Shown here one piece after another: positions 18,712-27,371 of a stretch of DNA of 64,000 nt; the stretch's first letter is position 1; each line of letters begins with the position of its first letter. The notes beneath the pieces were generated by a model. It worked only from the letters and a program-made list of their open reading frames with translations. It made no database searches and was not told where the DNA came from. A program made the translations under genes and the position numbers. The DNA comes from Bacteroidota bacterium (GTDB lineage: Bacteria > Bacteroidota > Bacteroidia > UKL13-3). The stretch is taken from positions 7,626 through 71,625 of the forward strand of contig JBKDBG010000017.1 of assembly GCA_046314755.1 (NCBI GenBank), in the 5' to 3' direction.

Positions 18712-19554
18712 ATGTTCCTGTTTAAGAATAGAACACTCCTCATCGCAACCAAACATAAAAAAGAACAAGTGCTCGCTCCATTATTGGAACGGACGCTTGC
18801 TGTTCATTGTATTCCATTAACCCAATTTGATACCGACTCGTTGGGAACTTTTAGTGGTGAAGTAGAAAGAGAAAACAATCCATTAACAACGCTTAGAAAC
18901 AAATGCGCCTTTGCGGCTAAAGCACATGGTGTTGATTTGGTGGTTGGCACCGAAGGTTCATTTGGCCCTCATCCGGTTTATGGCTGGTTACCCGCCCATG
19001 ATGAATTGGTAATGTTACTTGATCTTAAAAATAATATTGAAATTTTTGCACGTGAAATGTCCACCCAAACCAACTATGGTGGTACAACAGTAAGCACTTA
19101 TGATGAACTGTTTGCATTTGCAAAAGGCAAAGGATTTCCTGAACACGCTTTGATTATTAAAGATAAAACACAAGAGTTTTCGCAATGCATTAAAGGCATA
19201 CAACAAGAAAACGAATTACTTGCTGCATTTGAGAAAACAAAAAAATACCATCAAAATGTTTGGGTAGAAACGGATATGCGTGCACATCTAAACCCTACGC
19301 GAATGAAAGTGATTGAGCAGGCGGCCGGTAAGCTCATCAACCATATTCAAAGCGAATGCCCGCAGTGCAAAAGGCCGGGATTTGTGGTAAAAAAGGTAAT
19401 TGCCGGATTACCTTGTTCAGTTTGCGGAACTCCTACGGAAAGTATCAAAAGCGAACTTAAAGTTTGTGACGGATGCCGCTACGAAGAAGAACTGATCTAT
19501 CCTAAAAATAAAACCACAGAAGACCCCATGTATTGTTTGGTGTGTAATCCGTAG
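18712..19554 (+). CDS. Hypothetical protein with a C-terminal four-cysteine zinc-ribbon
   Basis: A 280-aa ORF. The C-terminus is CPQCKRPGF...LPCSVCGTPTE...CDGCRYEE...YCLVCNP (CxxC x4). The N-terminal roughly 200 aa have no recognised family. Confidence 0.55.
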   Translation: MFLFKNRTLLIATKHKKEQVLAPLLERTLAVHCIPLTQFDTDSLGTFSGEVERENNPLTTLRNKCAFAAKAHGVDLVVGTEGSFGPHPVYGWLPAHDELVMLLDLKNNIEIFAREMSTQTNYGGTTVSTYDELFAFAKGKGFPEHALIIKDKTQEFSQCIKGIQQENELLAAFEKTKKYHQNVWVETDMRAHLNPTRMKVIEQAAGKLINHIQSECPQCKRPGFVVKKVIAGLPCSVCGTPTESIKSELKVCDGCRYEEELIYPKNKTTEDPMYCLVCNP

Positions 19555-19622
19555 TGAAAACAATATTGCGTTTTTATACTCATCTAATCGCCCCAAAGCA
19601 TAAAAGAGAAATAAAAATACAA

Positions 19623-22600
19623 TTATTTATGCAATACAATTTTGGTTAAAACCATTTCACCATTAACCATTGATTGTAACACATACATGCCCTGTTCGAA
19701 ATCGTTCATGTTCAATTTAATTTCACCGGCATCAACCCACGAATTTGAATGCCATTTTTTCAATAACTTTCCTTGTAAATCAAACAAACAGATTTCATCA
19801 ACCTTTGCCTCTTTACTGGTTTCAATCAACAAATAATCTTGTGCGGGATTAGGATAAATACGTACAGGTAATGAAAGTGTTTTTTGAACAACGCGTACAC
19901 CCAGATAAGCGTATTCCCCATTCATGTCTTCTTGGATGAGTCGATAATAAATAAGTTGGTGTTGAAGCGTTGCACCTACATCATCATACGAATATTGTTT
20001 TGCTGCGTAACTGTTTCCGTTGGCTTTAATAAACGTAAGTGGAGTAAAGTTAATTCCATCCAAAGACTTTTCAATTAGAAAACCTTTGTTGTTTATTTCT
20101 TGGGCAGTTGCCCAACGAATTACTGCATCATCCTCTCGCAACTTCACGTCAAATGAAATTAGTTTTACCGGTAAAGGATTACTGATGGCCTCATCACAGC
20201 CCATATATGGTTTAATCAATGGGCGAGTATGATTATCGATATCCGTTTGAATATTTGCAAGCCGAATTCCTGCTAAAAGGGTATCACCTAAAGAAGCTCC
20301 TGCTAACCTTAAACGCCAAGCACTTTGAAAGGTTACAACCTTACTTTGCGATTGAAAGTTTGTTGCGGTTGCAGTTGAAAATGCAGATAAGGTGGCATAA
20401 TCAATTGCATTAGCATTTCCTAAAATGGTATTGGTTCCATTCACATATAAAAGGTTATGATTCATCACAGGATTGCCGCCCAACCAAAAAAACACAGCAT
20501 AATGTTTACCTCCGGATGCACTTGTGTTACTGCGTTCGTTGATAAAAATATTATTGAACACCGAGTCTTGTGCATCTCCTATTCCTGAATAAAAAGCTGT
20601 TGAGTTATTTGATCCCGATGAGCTTACATTCTGTCCTGATATTCTTACCGTATTGTAAAATATTTTATTGGCAGCTCCGGATTTTTGTATGCCAATGTAT
20701 GCAATTGATCCTGTGTTCGCATTTGAAAGACTATCTGTTCCTAATGCGATTTCATTGTTGTGTACAAATATACCGGGACCAAAAGTTGAAACGCCAATTG
20801 CTCTTGCTTCGGTGTTGTTGATTGGCCCGATGCCTAGAATGCTGTTTCTTGCCACTTCAATAAAATTAGTACTGCCTCCCGAAACTTGAATACCCGCAGC
20901 ATTTCCCGAAGGCGCCCCAATGGTATTTATTTGTGTTACAGTATTGTTAGTCACCAAACGTTGGCCACTTCCTGAGGCAGATAGAAAAATACCGTTTATA
21001 AAAGTAAAACTTGTGCTGATTAAAGCAGGGTTTGACGGGTTATGACTCAATTGTGTGATGCGGTTATTTCGGATTATTGCAGGGGCATTTCCTGAAACAA
21101 ATATTCCATACAATGTTTTAGATTGATGTAAAGCATACCGTAAGTTTCTAATGGTATTATTTTCAATGGTTACATGTTGCCCATTGTTCACCGTAAACTC
21201 AATGCCACATAAATCACCGTTACATAGTTGGTTAATACTAGCCGCAGTTTGATTTGAACCAATAATATTATTAGTAACACTAAATACACCTGAGCTGGCC
21301 GAAAACCTTATACCATAAAAAGAAAGCAAGCCACCTCCGGAAACCTGTATCGCTCCGATTTTATTTTGATTGATGAGAATGGAGTCAAGCGCTGTACCTA
21401 GAGATGCACCAATATTAATTCCGCTAAATGCTGCAACACCAACATTGTTTACATAATTAAATTGAATACTTGCTACTCCGGTATCAGCACCTATTGTGTT
21501 TCCGGTTAATTCTGCCTTGCCGTTTAAAACAGCAATAAAAGCATGGTTGCCGTTGTTGAACATGGTAGAAAAACTTATACGCCTAAACGTATTATTACGA
21601 ACGGCCACACCGGCATTTGCTGTACTTAACTGAAGAAGTTGGTATGTAACCGTACCATCAAACGAAGTGTTTTGCGTACCACCACAATAGGCCGCACTGC
21701 CTCCAAAAAAGTTATTCGAGATATTAGCAAAGCCTGCAGAAGCATAGCTGATAAACGAAAAGTTGCTCGAATGGCTGTATGTGAGGTTTTTGTAAAAACT
21801 GTTTCCGGTAATGGCTAGATTGGCGTTGGTATTATCCACAAAAATTCCGCAGTTCAGTGGGCTCACAATTTCATTATTGGTAATCATATTTCCGGTTGAA
21901 AGCACGTTGGCCGGCCCCGTTGAACCTGATGCGGAAATACACGTTGCAGGTAAATTTGATGTATTGAGAGCACCAATGTAACAACTGTCGATTATGTTAT
22001 TGTTATTTCCTGTGCTTATTCTGTTGCCAAACTCTACAATTCCGTCATTATTAAATGTTGTGTTCCCATAAACAAAACAATTTTGTAATCGGTTAAATGA
22101 AGCGTCATTTGCAAACAACACCGCAGGGTCACTTGATGTATTTCTGATGGTGATTCTTCTGCCTGCCTGTGTAGTCGTATCCGCGCCATTAACAGAAATA
22201 TACCTTGAACCGTTAAAATAAATATTGGCTGGAGTTGCAGAGCCAATGACGGTTGCTGTAACACCATTTGCAGGACGAATTTGTATGTTGTTGACAGCAC
22301 TTACTCCTTGTATTAGTGATGAAAATGCTATAGGAAATGTTTCGGCAGGAGTGGTGTAAGTTGTTTGTGTTAATAACAACGTAACCGGACCGGAAACCCC
22401 TCTTTGGTTTACATCATTTACTGCTGCCGTTAACGTAGTATAATTTCCTCCTGCACCTACTCGATAAACACCCGACATTGGAGGGCCAACAATGGCAAAA
22501 CGAAACGGAGTGCTTGGAGGTGCCGTAAAACTATCCCAAGTGATGCTGCCAAAACCGGCAGAAGGAAGTGCCGCATAATTCCCCAAACTATCAGTTGCTG

Positions 22601-25600
22601 CAAAGAAGTAATAAATAGAATCTCCTATCACGGGCAATGAAGTAAGCAAAGCATAATTCAACGTAAATTCAAAAGGAGAAGCAGCACTGCTTGTCTCCAC
22701 AAATTTCCAACCGTTAAAACTGCTTTGGTTTGGACCAAAACCATTGCCTTCTGATTTTTTCTTAAAATAAACCCGGGGCTTTCTTCCGTTGGCCATGCTT
22801 ATACCGCTTAAGGTATCACTAATGATTAATGCAGGTAGCGTACGAAGCGGAGTTGAACCACTATTAACAGCATTTTGATACGCACCAAATTGTGGAGGGA
22901 AAATATCGTAATCGGTTTCATAACAACCAAGTCTAGTGAATGGTGTTGTGCGTATCGAATCAATCAAATCTCTATTGATACCCGATAATACTACTCCCAC
23001 TTTTGTGGTTGCGCCTTTAATGGGCCTCAAATCACTGTTGCTAATTAATCGCGGATTTGTTGAAACAGAATTGGCATTTCCTCCTAACCTACCTACTAAA
23101 CCAGCTAAATCATTATAATTTGATGAGCCATCATACAACAAAAATCCGTTAGCCGGATCAACATAATAGTTGTTATTGTTAATGGTTGCTCCTACAATTG
23201 GCAATGTGGTTGATGCCCAAAATGCAGTATGCCTTGAGCTGCCTAAGCCATTAAACCTAATGTTGCTGAAAACATTATTACGAATATCAAGCCCGGTAAA
23301 CGGACCATTGCCAAAAATTTGAAAAGCACTTGAACCACTAACGCCCGAGCCAAAAAATGACCCACCTGAAAAGTGCACTGTATTGTAATATATTTTTAGG
23401 TTGGTTCCTCCATTAATTTTTATTCCAAACGAGTTAAACATGATTCCTATGGAGCTGCTACTGTTTGATGCCAATATTCTTGAAATGCTGTTGTTATAAA
23501 TGGAATCATTATTGACCCCAACTCCCGTTGAAACAAAAACACCATAACACCCTGTTGAATTGGCGTTACCAGACTCCACAGAATGGATGATATTATTTTT
23601 AATGCAAGAGTTATTTACGTTTTCACCCAAATGCACCCCAGTTAAAATAACGCCAGTACCGGAATAGATATTAATGATTTGATTTTTATTTATCACCGCA
23701 TTGTTTGCACCTTCCAAATAAACACCTGTTGTGCCAAGCACTAAATTAGAAGAGTCGCTGCTGAATCGGTTGTTTTCAATAAGCAAATTGGTAATAGGAG
23801 AACTTACCGAACCTAAAGCCATTATACCTGCAACACCAACATATAAATTACAATTGCGAACCGTAATTCTATCTGCACCTTCAGCCTTTGTTATGGCTTG
23901 GGCTCCAATACCTGTTCTTCCGCCTATAATAACAATTTGCGTGGTTGAAACATTGGATCCTTTCAAAATCACATTTCTAATTTCAACATTTTTTATGCCT
24001 CCGTTTTGGTTGGTTGATTGCATAAATAACACACTTTGTGCATTTACATGAGTGTTGGTTATTCTTAAGTTGCGTGAGGTTGTGTTGTTGTTCGAACCTT
24101 CAAGGGTAAAGTTATTTACACCATCACGTACAATAAATAAAGCAGAATCAAACGACCCTATGATTAATGGGTTTAATCCTGCGGCTGGCCTCATTAATAA
24201 TGTATTGTTGGCCGACATACCAACAGCCGGACGAAGCGAAAGCGGAAAAGTTTCTTGTCCGCCAAGCGCAGGTGTGGTATACATATTATTGGTTAACACA
24301 AACGTTACCGGACCGGTTTGTACACTTGCTGCATAACGATTAAAAGCCGCTGTAATTGAACTAAAGGATCCTCCATTGCCCACTGTAAATACCCCGGAAA
24401 GGGTATCAAAAACAGGGAAAAACGGAATACTTCCGCTAACCGGAAAATTAGAGGAGAGCAAGGTGGTTGAATTTACTACTCCATTAATATTTACCGCACC
24501 CGAACCAATTGTGCCGTTACTGTCCTCAACAGCTGCAAAAAACTCAATGGTATCTCCTACCGCAATTCCACCTTGTAATAAAGCAAAATCAACCTGAAAC
24601 AAAAAAGGAGAGGCGGCACTTGATGTTTGCACAAACTTCCATCCACTGCTTTGGTTGGTATTATTTACAAATGCATTTGGAGCTGTTTTTTTCTTGTAAT
24701 ACAACCTTGGGCGGTTAGTTACCGATCCTTTTATGCCAAATCTATCACTGGCAATAACCGTAATTTGAGGGGCAGTTTGAAATGGCGAAACACCACTTAC
24801 TTGCCCATAACTTACTTGTGGTTTTTGAAAATCAGCAGGAACAAAAGCGCCTTCATAACAACCCAAATCAGGGTAACGAAGTGAGCGAAGATTTCCGTTT
24901 AAATCATTCAACACCATCATTGGGGTATCAATATAATTTGCTCCGGATTCAATTTGTGAAGGTACACCTGTTGCCGGTTGTAAATCAAAAGGAGTAACAA
25001 CTGTTTGTTGAAACTGCACATCTTCAAAGTAACTTTCGCTTTCTCTCGGGGCTACTCTTTGTCTTATTTGTGCTAAAGTAGTATCACGGTTTGCTCCGTC
25101 ATAATACGCTGCAAACCTACCCGGTGAACCGGATGAGAAAAACAAATTCTGATTTGAACCAAGTCGGTACGTATCCAAGTTTGAGCTTTCTCTGTAATAA
25201 GCTGCATTCATTCCAAATGGTACAGCCAGAGATTTATTCACCAATACATTATTGCGCAACTCAACTTGCGAAAAGACACTTGCCCTTACACAATACGAAA
25301 GTAAATTTCCGGAGTTTGGCGCATTAAAATAAATGGTGTTGTAATAAATTCGACTGACATTGGTTGGGCCGTGCGTATTGATAAAAATACCAAATATACT
25401 GCTTTCAATACTGCTGGTGTAGGTTTCAAAATCATAAATAAGGTTATTGGTAATAACCGCGTTGATGTGATTTGGACCTATTTCAATTCCGGTTAAAGTA
25501 GCATTGATGGAGTCGGAACTAAAACCATAGATTTGATTGCGTAAAATATTTACTTGTGCATTGGTGTTATTGTATTCAATGGCTTTTACTACGCCTAGCT

Positions 25601-27116
25601 TGGTTCTGAAGTTATAAAACCTATTGCCTTGAATCACCTTAACACCGGAAAAAACATAGCCTGTAACCGGTTTTAAATACCCAATTACGCTTCCATTAAC
25701 CGTATTGATTAATCCATAAAATTCATTGCTAACTACACTATCGGCAAGGCTTGAGTTGTGGTTATTCATAATGCCAACATTCGCGCCATTCACACAAGTA
25801 TCATTATAAATCTTGTTCTCATAAATGCGGGTAATTCCAAGGGAGCCTAAAATATTTATTCCATAAAAACTGGTAGTACTTCTATTGCCGTAGATTTCGT
25901 TTTTTTGCATGAGCACATATCTGTTATTCGCCAACGTAATAAATAATCCTGCAAACAGTTGTGATGCTGTACCCCAATAAGAATTATTATTAATATGATT
26001 TAGATTAATGATTAAGGTATCGCATGCAATGGCATTAATCCCATTAAAAGTACCGGTTGCGGTTCGGCAATTCCGAATAAAATTACTTTCCACATACAAC
26101 CGGCCCGTATTGCTGTTATTAATTAACAAGCCGTTGTTTGTGCCGGATGAAACGGTGTCGGTAATTATGTTATTTTTTATAAAGGCGCGAGCAATGAATT
26201 TTAAATCAATTCCGTTGAGCGTGTTTGTAAAACTTAATCCGCCTCCTGAAATGGTATTACCGTCAACCTCTAAGTTGTTTTGATAATACATGGCAATACC
26301 CGAAGCAACGGAACCGTTATTTGGCCCAAAACCAACTATATTATTTCCTTGATTGGGAGACCCAATTTTATTCGACTGATCATATAGCGTAGTTGATGCA
26401 GACGTTATATTTATTCCGCTAAAATATACTCCAAATTGTGCATTGGTTATGGTGTTGTTTTCTATGGTATTAAAGGAGTGTGCATCATTCACCGATGTGT
26501 AGGTGATATTTGACGTATTGATTGCAGTATGATTTGCAGCATAAATGGCCGCTTGTGTCATAAACGTATTCCGCCTAAACCTTATGTTACAATTGCGAAT
26601 GGTATTGTATTGGCAACCATCAACGGGAGCTGCAGCATTACGTTTCACCAACATGATGCCGTATTCATATTGTGTAAAGGAAAAAGTATTGGTATTAGCC
26701 TCTATGAAATCCAGCCCGTCAAAAGTTACATAATCAACGCCCAAAAGCTTAACCATAGCATCTATTCCGCCAATGCCCGAACCGGAAGTAAACACAGGGT
26801 TGTTTCCCGGCAAAAAACTTTTACGAATAACCAAAGGATTATTGGCGTTTAGCGTTCCGTTTAATGTGGCCGAGCCAAGACTTATACCTGCATTGGGCAA
26901 GGTTTCGGTATGTCCGGAAGCAATTTCAATAATTGCACCACCGGCTGCAACTCCATTTGTATTTAGTGCAGTAAAAGCAGCATTGAGAGATACATAATCA
27001 CAACCTGAAGTACAAACTGTTTTGGTTCCTGAGATAGGTTGACTAAAAACCGGAAAAACGAAGAATATAAAAAGCACCGCAATGAATGATTTGCTTTGAT
27101 GCAGATTTAAATACAT
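19623..27116 (-). CDS. Giant secreted T9SS cargo protein with multiple right-handed parallel beta-helix (pectin-lyase-fold) regions and a Por/T9SS C-terminal sorting domain; a putative adhesin
   Basis: A 2497-aa ORF with signal peptide MYLNLHQSKSFIAVLFIFFVFPVFSQ. It has pervasive N/S/T/G-rich short repeats (IxNNxI, NNN). There are several beta-helix N-cap-like motifs of the pattern G(V/T)(F/Y)xVGxGGx(F/Y)xx(I/L)TAA, for example GVFTVGNGGSFSSITAAF and GVYRVGAGGNYTTLTAAV. The C-terminus IYPNPAQDYLLIE...GMYVLQSMVNGEMVLTKIVLHK fits the T9SS CTD (TIGR04183-like). Confidence 0.85.
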   Translation of the reverse strand: MYLNLHQSKSFIAVLFIFFVFPVFSQPISGTKTVCTSGCDYVSLNAAFTALNTNGVAAGGAIIEIASGHTETLPNAGISLGSATLNGTLNANNPLVIRKSFLPGNNPVFTSGSGIGGIDAMVKLLGVDYVTFDGLDFIEANTNTFSFTQYEYGIMLVKRNAAAPVDGCQYNTIRNCNIRFRRNTFMTQAAIYAANHTAINTSNITYTSVNDAHSFNTIENNTITNAQFGVYFSGINITSASTTLYDQSNKIGSPNQGNNIVGFGPNNGSVASGIAMYYQNNLEVDGNTISGGGLSFTNTLNGIDLKFIARAFIKNNIITDTVSSGTNNGLLINNSNTGRLYVESNFIRNCRTATGTFNGINAIACDTLIINLNHINNNSYWGTASQLFAGLFITLANNRYVLMQKNEIYGNRSTTSFYGINILGSLGITRIYENKIYNDTCVNGANVGIMNNHNSSLADSVVSNEFYGLINTVNGSVIGYLKPVTGYVFSGVKVIQGNRFYNFRTKLGVVKAIEYNNTNAQVNILRNQIYGFSSDSINATLTGIEIGPNHINAVITNNLIYDFETYTSSIESSIFGIFINTHGPTNVSRIYYNTIYFNAPNSGNLLSYCVRASVFSQVELRNNVLVNKSLAVPFGMNAAYYRESSNLDTYRLGSNQNLFFSSGSPGRFAAYYDGANRDTTLAQIRQRVAPRESESYFEDVQFQQTVVTPFDLQPATGVPSQIESGANYIDTPMMVLNDLNGNLRSLRYPDLGCYEGAFVPADFQKPQVSYGQVSGVSPFQTAPQITVIASDRFGIKGSVTNRPRLYYKKKTAPNAFVNNTNQSSGWKFVQTSSAASPFLFQVDFALLQGGIAVGDTIEFFAAVEDSNGTIGSGAVNINGVVNSTTLLSSNFPVSGSIPFFPVFDTLSGVFTVGNGGSFSSITAAFNRYAASVQTGPVTFVLTNNMYTTPALGGQETFPLSLRPAVGMSANNTLLMRPAAGLNPLIIGSFDSALFIVRDGVNNFTLEGSNNNTTSRNLRITNTHVNAQSVLFMQSTNQNGGIKNVEIRNVILKGSNVSTTQIVIIGGRTGIGAQAITKAEGADRITVRNCNLYVGVAGIMALGSVSSPITNLLIENNRFSSDSSNLVLGTTGVYLEGANNAVINKNQIINIYSGTGVILTGVHLGENVNNSCIKNNIIHSVESGNANSTGCYGVFVSTGVGVNNDSIYNNSISRILASNSSSSIGIMFNSFGIKINGGTNLKIYYNTVHFSGGSFFGSGVSGSSAFQIFGNGPFTGLDIRNNVFSNIRFNGLGSSRHTAFWASTTLPIVGATINNNNYYVDPANGFLLYDGSSNYNDLAGLVGRLGGNANSVSTNPRLISNSDLRPIKGATTKVGVVLSGINRDLIDSIRTTPFTRLGCYETDYDIFPPQFGAYQNAVNSGSTPLRTLPALIISDTLSGISMANGRKPRVYFKKKSEGNGFGPNQSSFNGWKFVETSSAASPFEFTLNYALLTSLPVIGDSIYYFFAATDSLGNYAALPSAGFGSITWDSFTAPPSTPFRFAIVGPPMSGVYRVGAGGNYTTLTAAVNDVNQRGVSGPVTLLLTQTTYTTPAETFPIAFSSLIQGVSAVNNIQIRPANGVTATVIGSATPANIYFNGSRYISVNGADTTTQAGRRITIRNTSSDPAVLFANDASFNRLQNCFVYGNTTFNNDGIVEFGNRISTGNNNNIIDSCYIGALNTSNLPATCISASGSTGPANVLSTGNMITNNEIVSPLNCGIFVDNTNANLAITGNSFYKNLTYSHSSNFSFISYASAGFANISNNFFGGSAAYCGGTQNTSFDGTVTYQLLQLSTANAGVAVRNNTFRRISFSTMFNNGNHAFIAVLNGKAELTGNTIGADTGVASIQFNYVNNVGVAAFSGINIGASLGTALDSILINQNKIGAIQVSGGGLLSFYGIRFSASSGVFSVTNNIIGSNQTAASINQLCNGDLCGIEFTVNNGQHVTIENNTIRNLRYALHQSKTLYGIFVSGNAPAIIRNNRITQLSHNPSNPALISTSFTFINGIFLSASGSGQRLVTNNTVTQINTIGAPSGNAAGIQVSGGSTNFIEVARNSILGIGPINNTEARAIGVSTFGPGIFVHNNEIALGTDSLSNANTGSIAYIGIQKSGAANKIFYNTVRISGQNVSSSGSNNSTAFYSGIGDAQDSVFNNIFINERSNTSASGGKHYAVFFWLGGNPVMNHNLLYVNGTNTILGNANAIDYATLSAFSTATATNFQSQSKVVTFQSAWRLRLAGASLGDTLLAGIRLANIQTDIDNHTRPLIKPYMGCDEAISNPLPVKLISFDVKLREDDAVIRWATAQEINNKGFLIEKSLDGINFTPLTFIKANGNSYAAKQYSYDDVGATLQHQLIYYRLIQEDMNGEYAYLGVRVVQKTLSLPVRIYPNPAQDYLLIETSKEAKVDEICLFDLQGKLLKKWHSNSWVDAGEIKLNMNDFEQGMYVLQSMVNGEMVLTKIVLHK

Positions 27117-27316
27117 GGGCTATTGAGTTTTTCTTTTCAAATTAAGACAATTTTTTAATTTATTCATAAAAAACGGTTGTTGCTGGGATTCTAAAAACAC
27201 AGGTTCTCCTCAGGCTCAGTAACAAGTTAAATTATACCACGAAAATTACCGGTTACATGATGAGTTGACAATGCGAATATTAAATCCTCACTAAAAAAGA
27301 TTAACAGTTAGGTTAC

Positions 27317-27349
27317 AAAAAAAGCGTCCGCCTCAAAGAGGCGGACGCT
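27317..27349 (-). terminator. Rho-independent terminator of the 3464-aa gene (perfect 11-bp stem)
   Basis: GCGTCCGCCTC (27324-27334), loop AAAG, then GAGGCGGACGC (27339-27349). An A7 run at 27317-27323 on the plus strand becomes a U-run after the hairpin on the minus-strand transcript. It lies 23 nt downstream of the stop at 27372. Confidence 0.7.
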
Positions 27350-27371
27350 TCCCGTCATTTAACATAGAAAA

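Noticed and set aside
19642-27000. About 25 plus-strand ORFs of 60-110 aa lying inside the 2497-aa minus-strand gene
   Set aside because: They are entirely antisense to a long, continuous, compositionally coherent ORF that has a signal peptide and T9SS CTD. Their products are low-complexity (P/L/V/T-rich mirror images of the N/S/T/G-rich sense frame). They are spurious.
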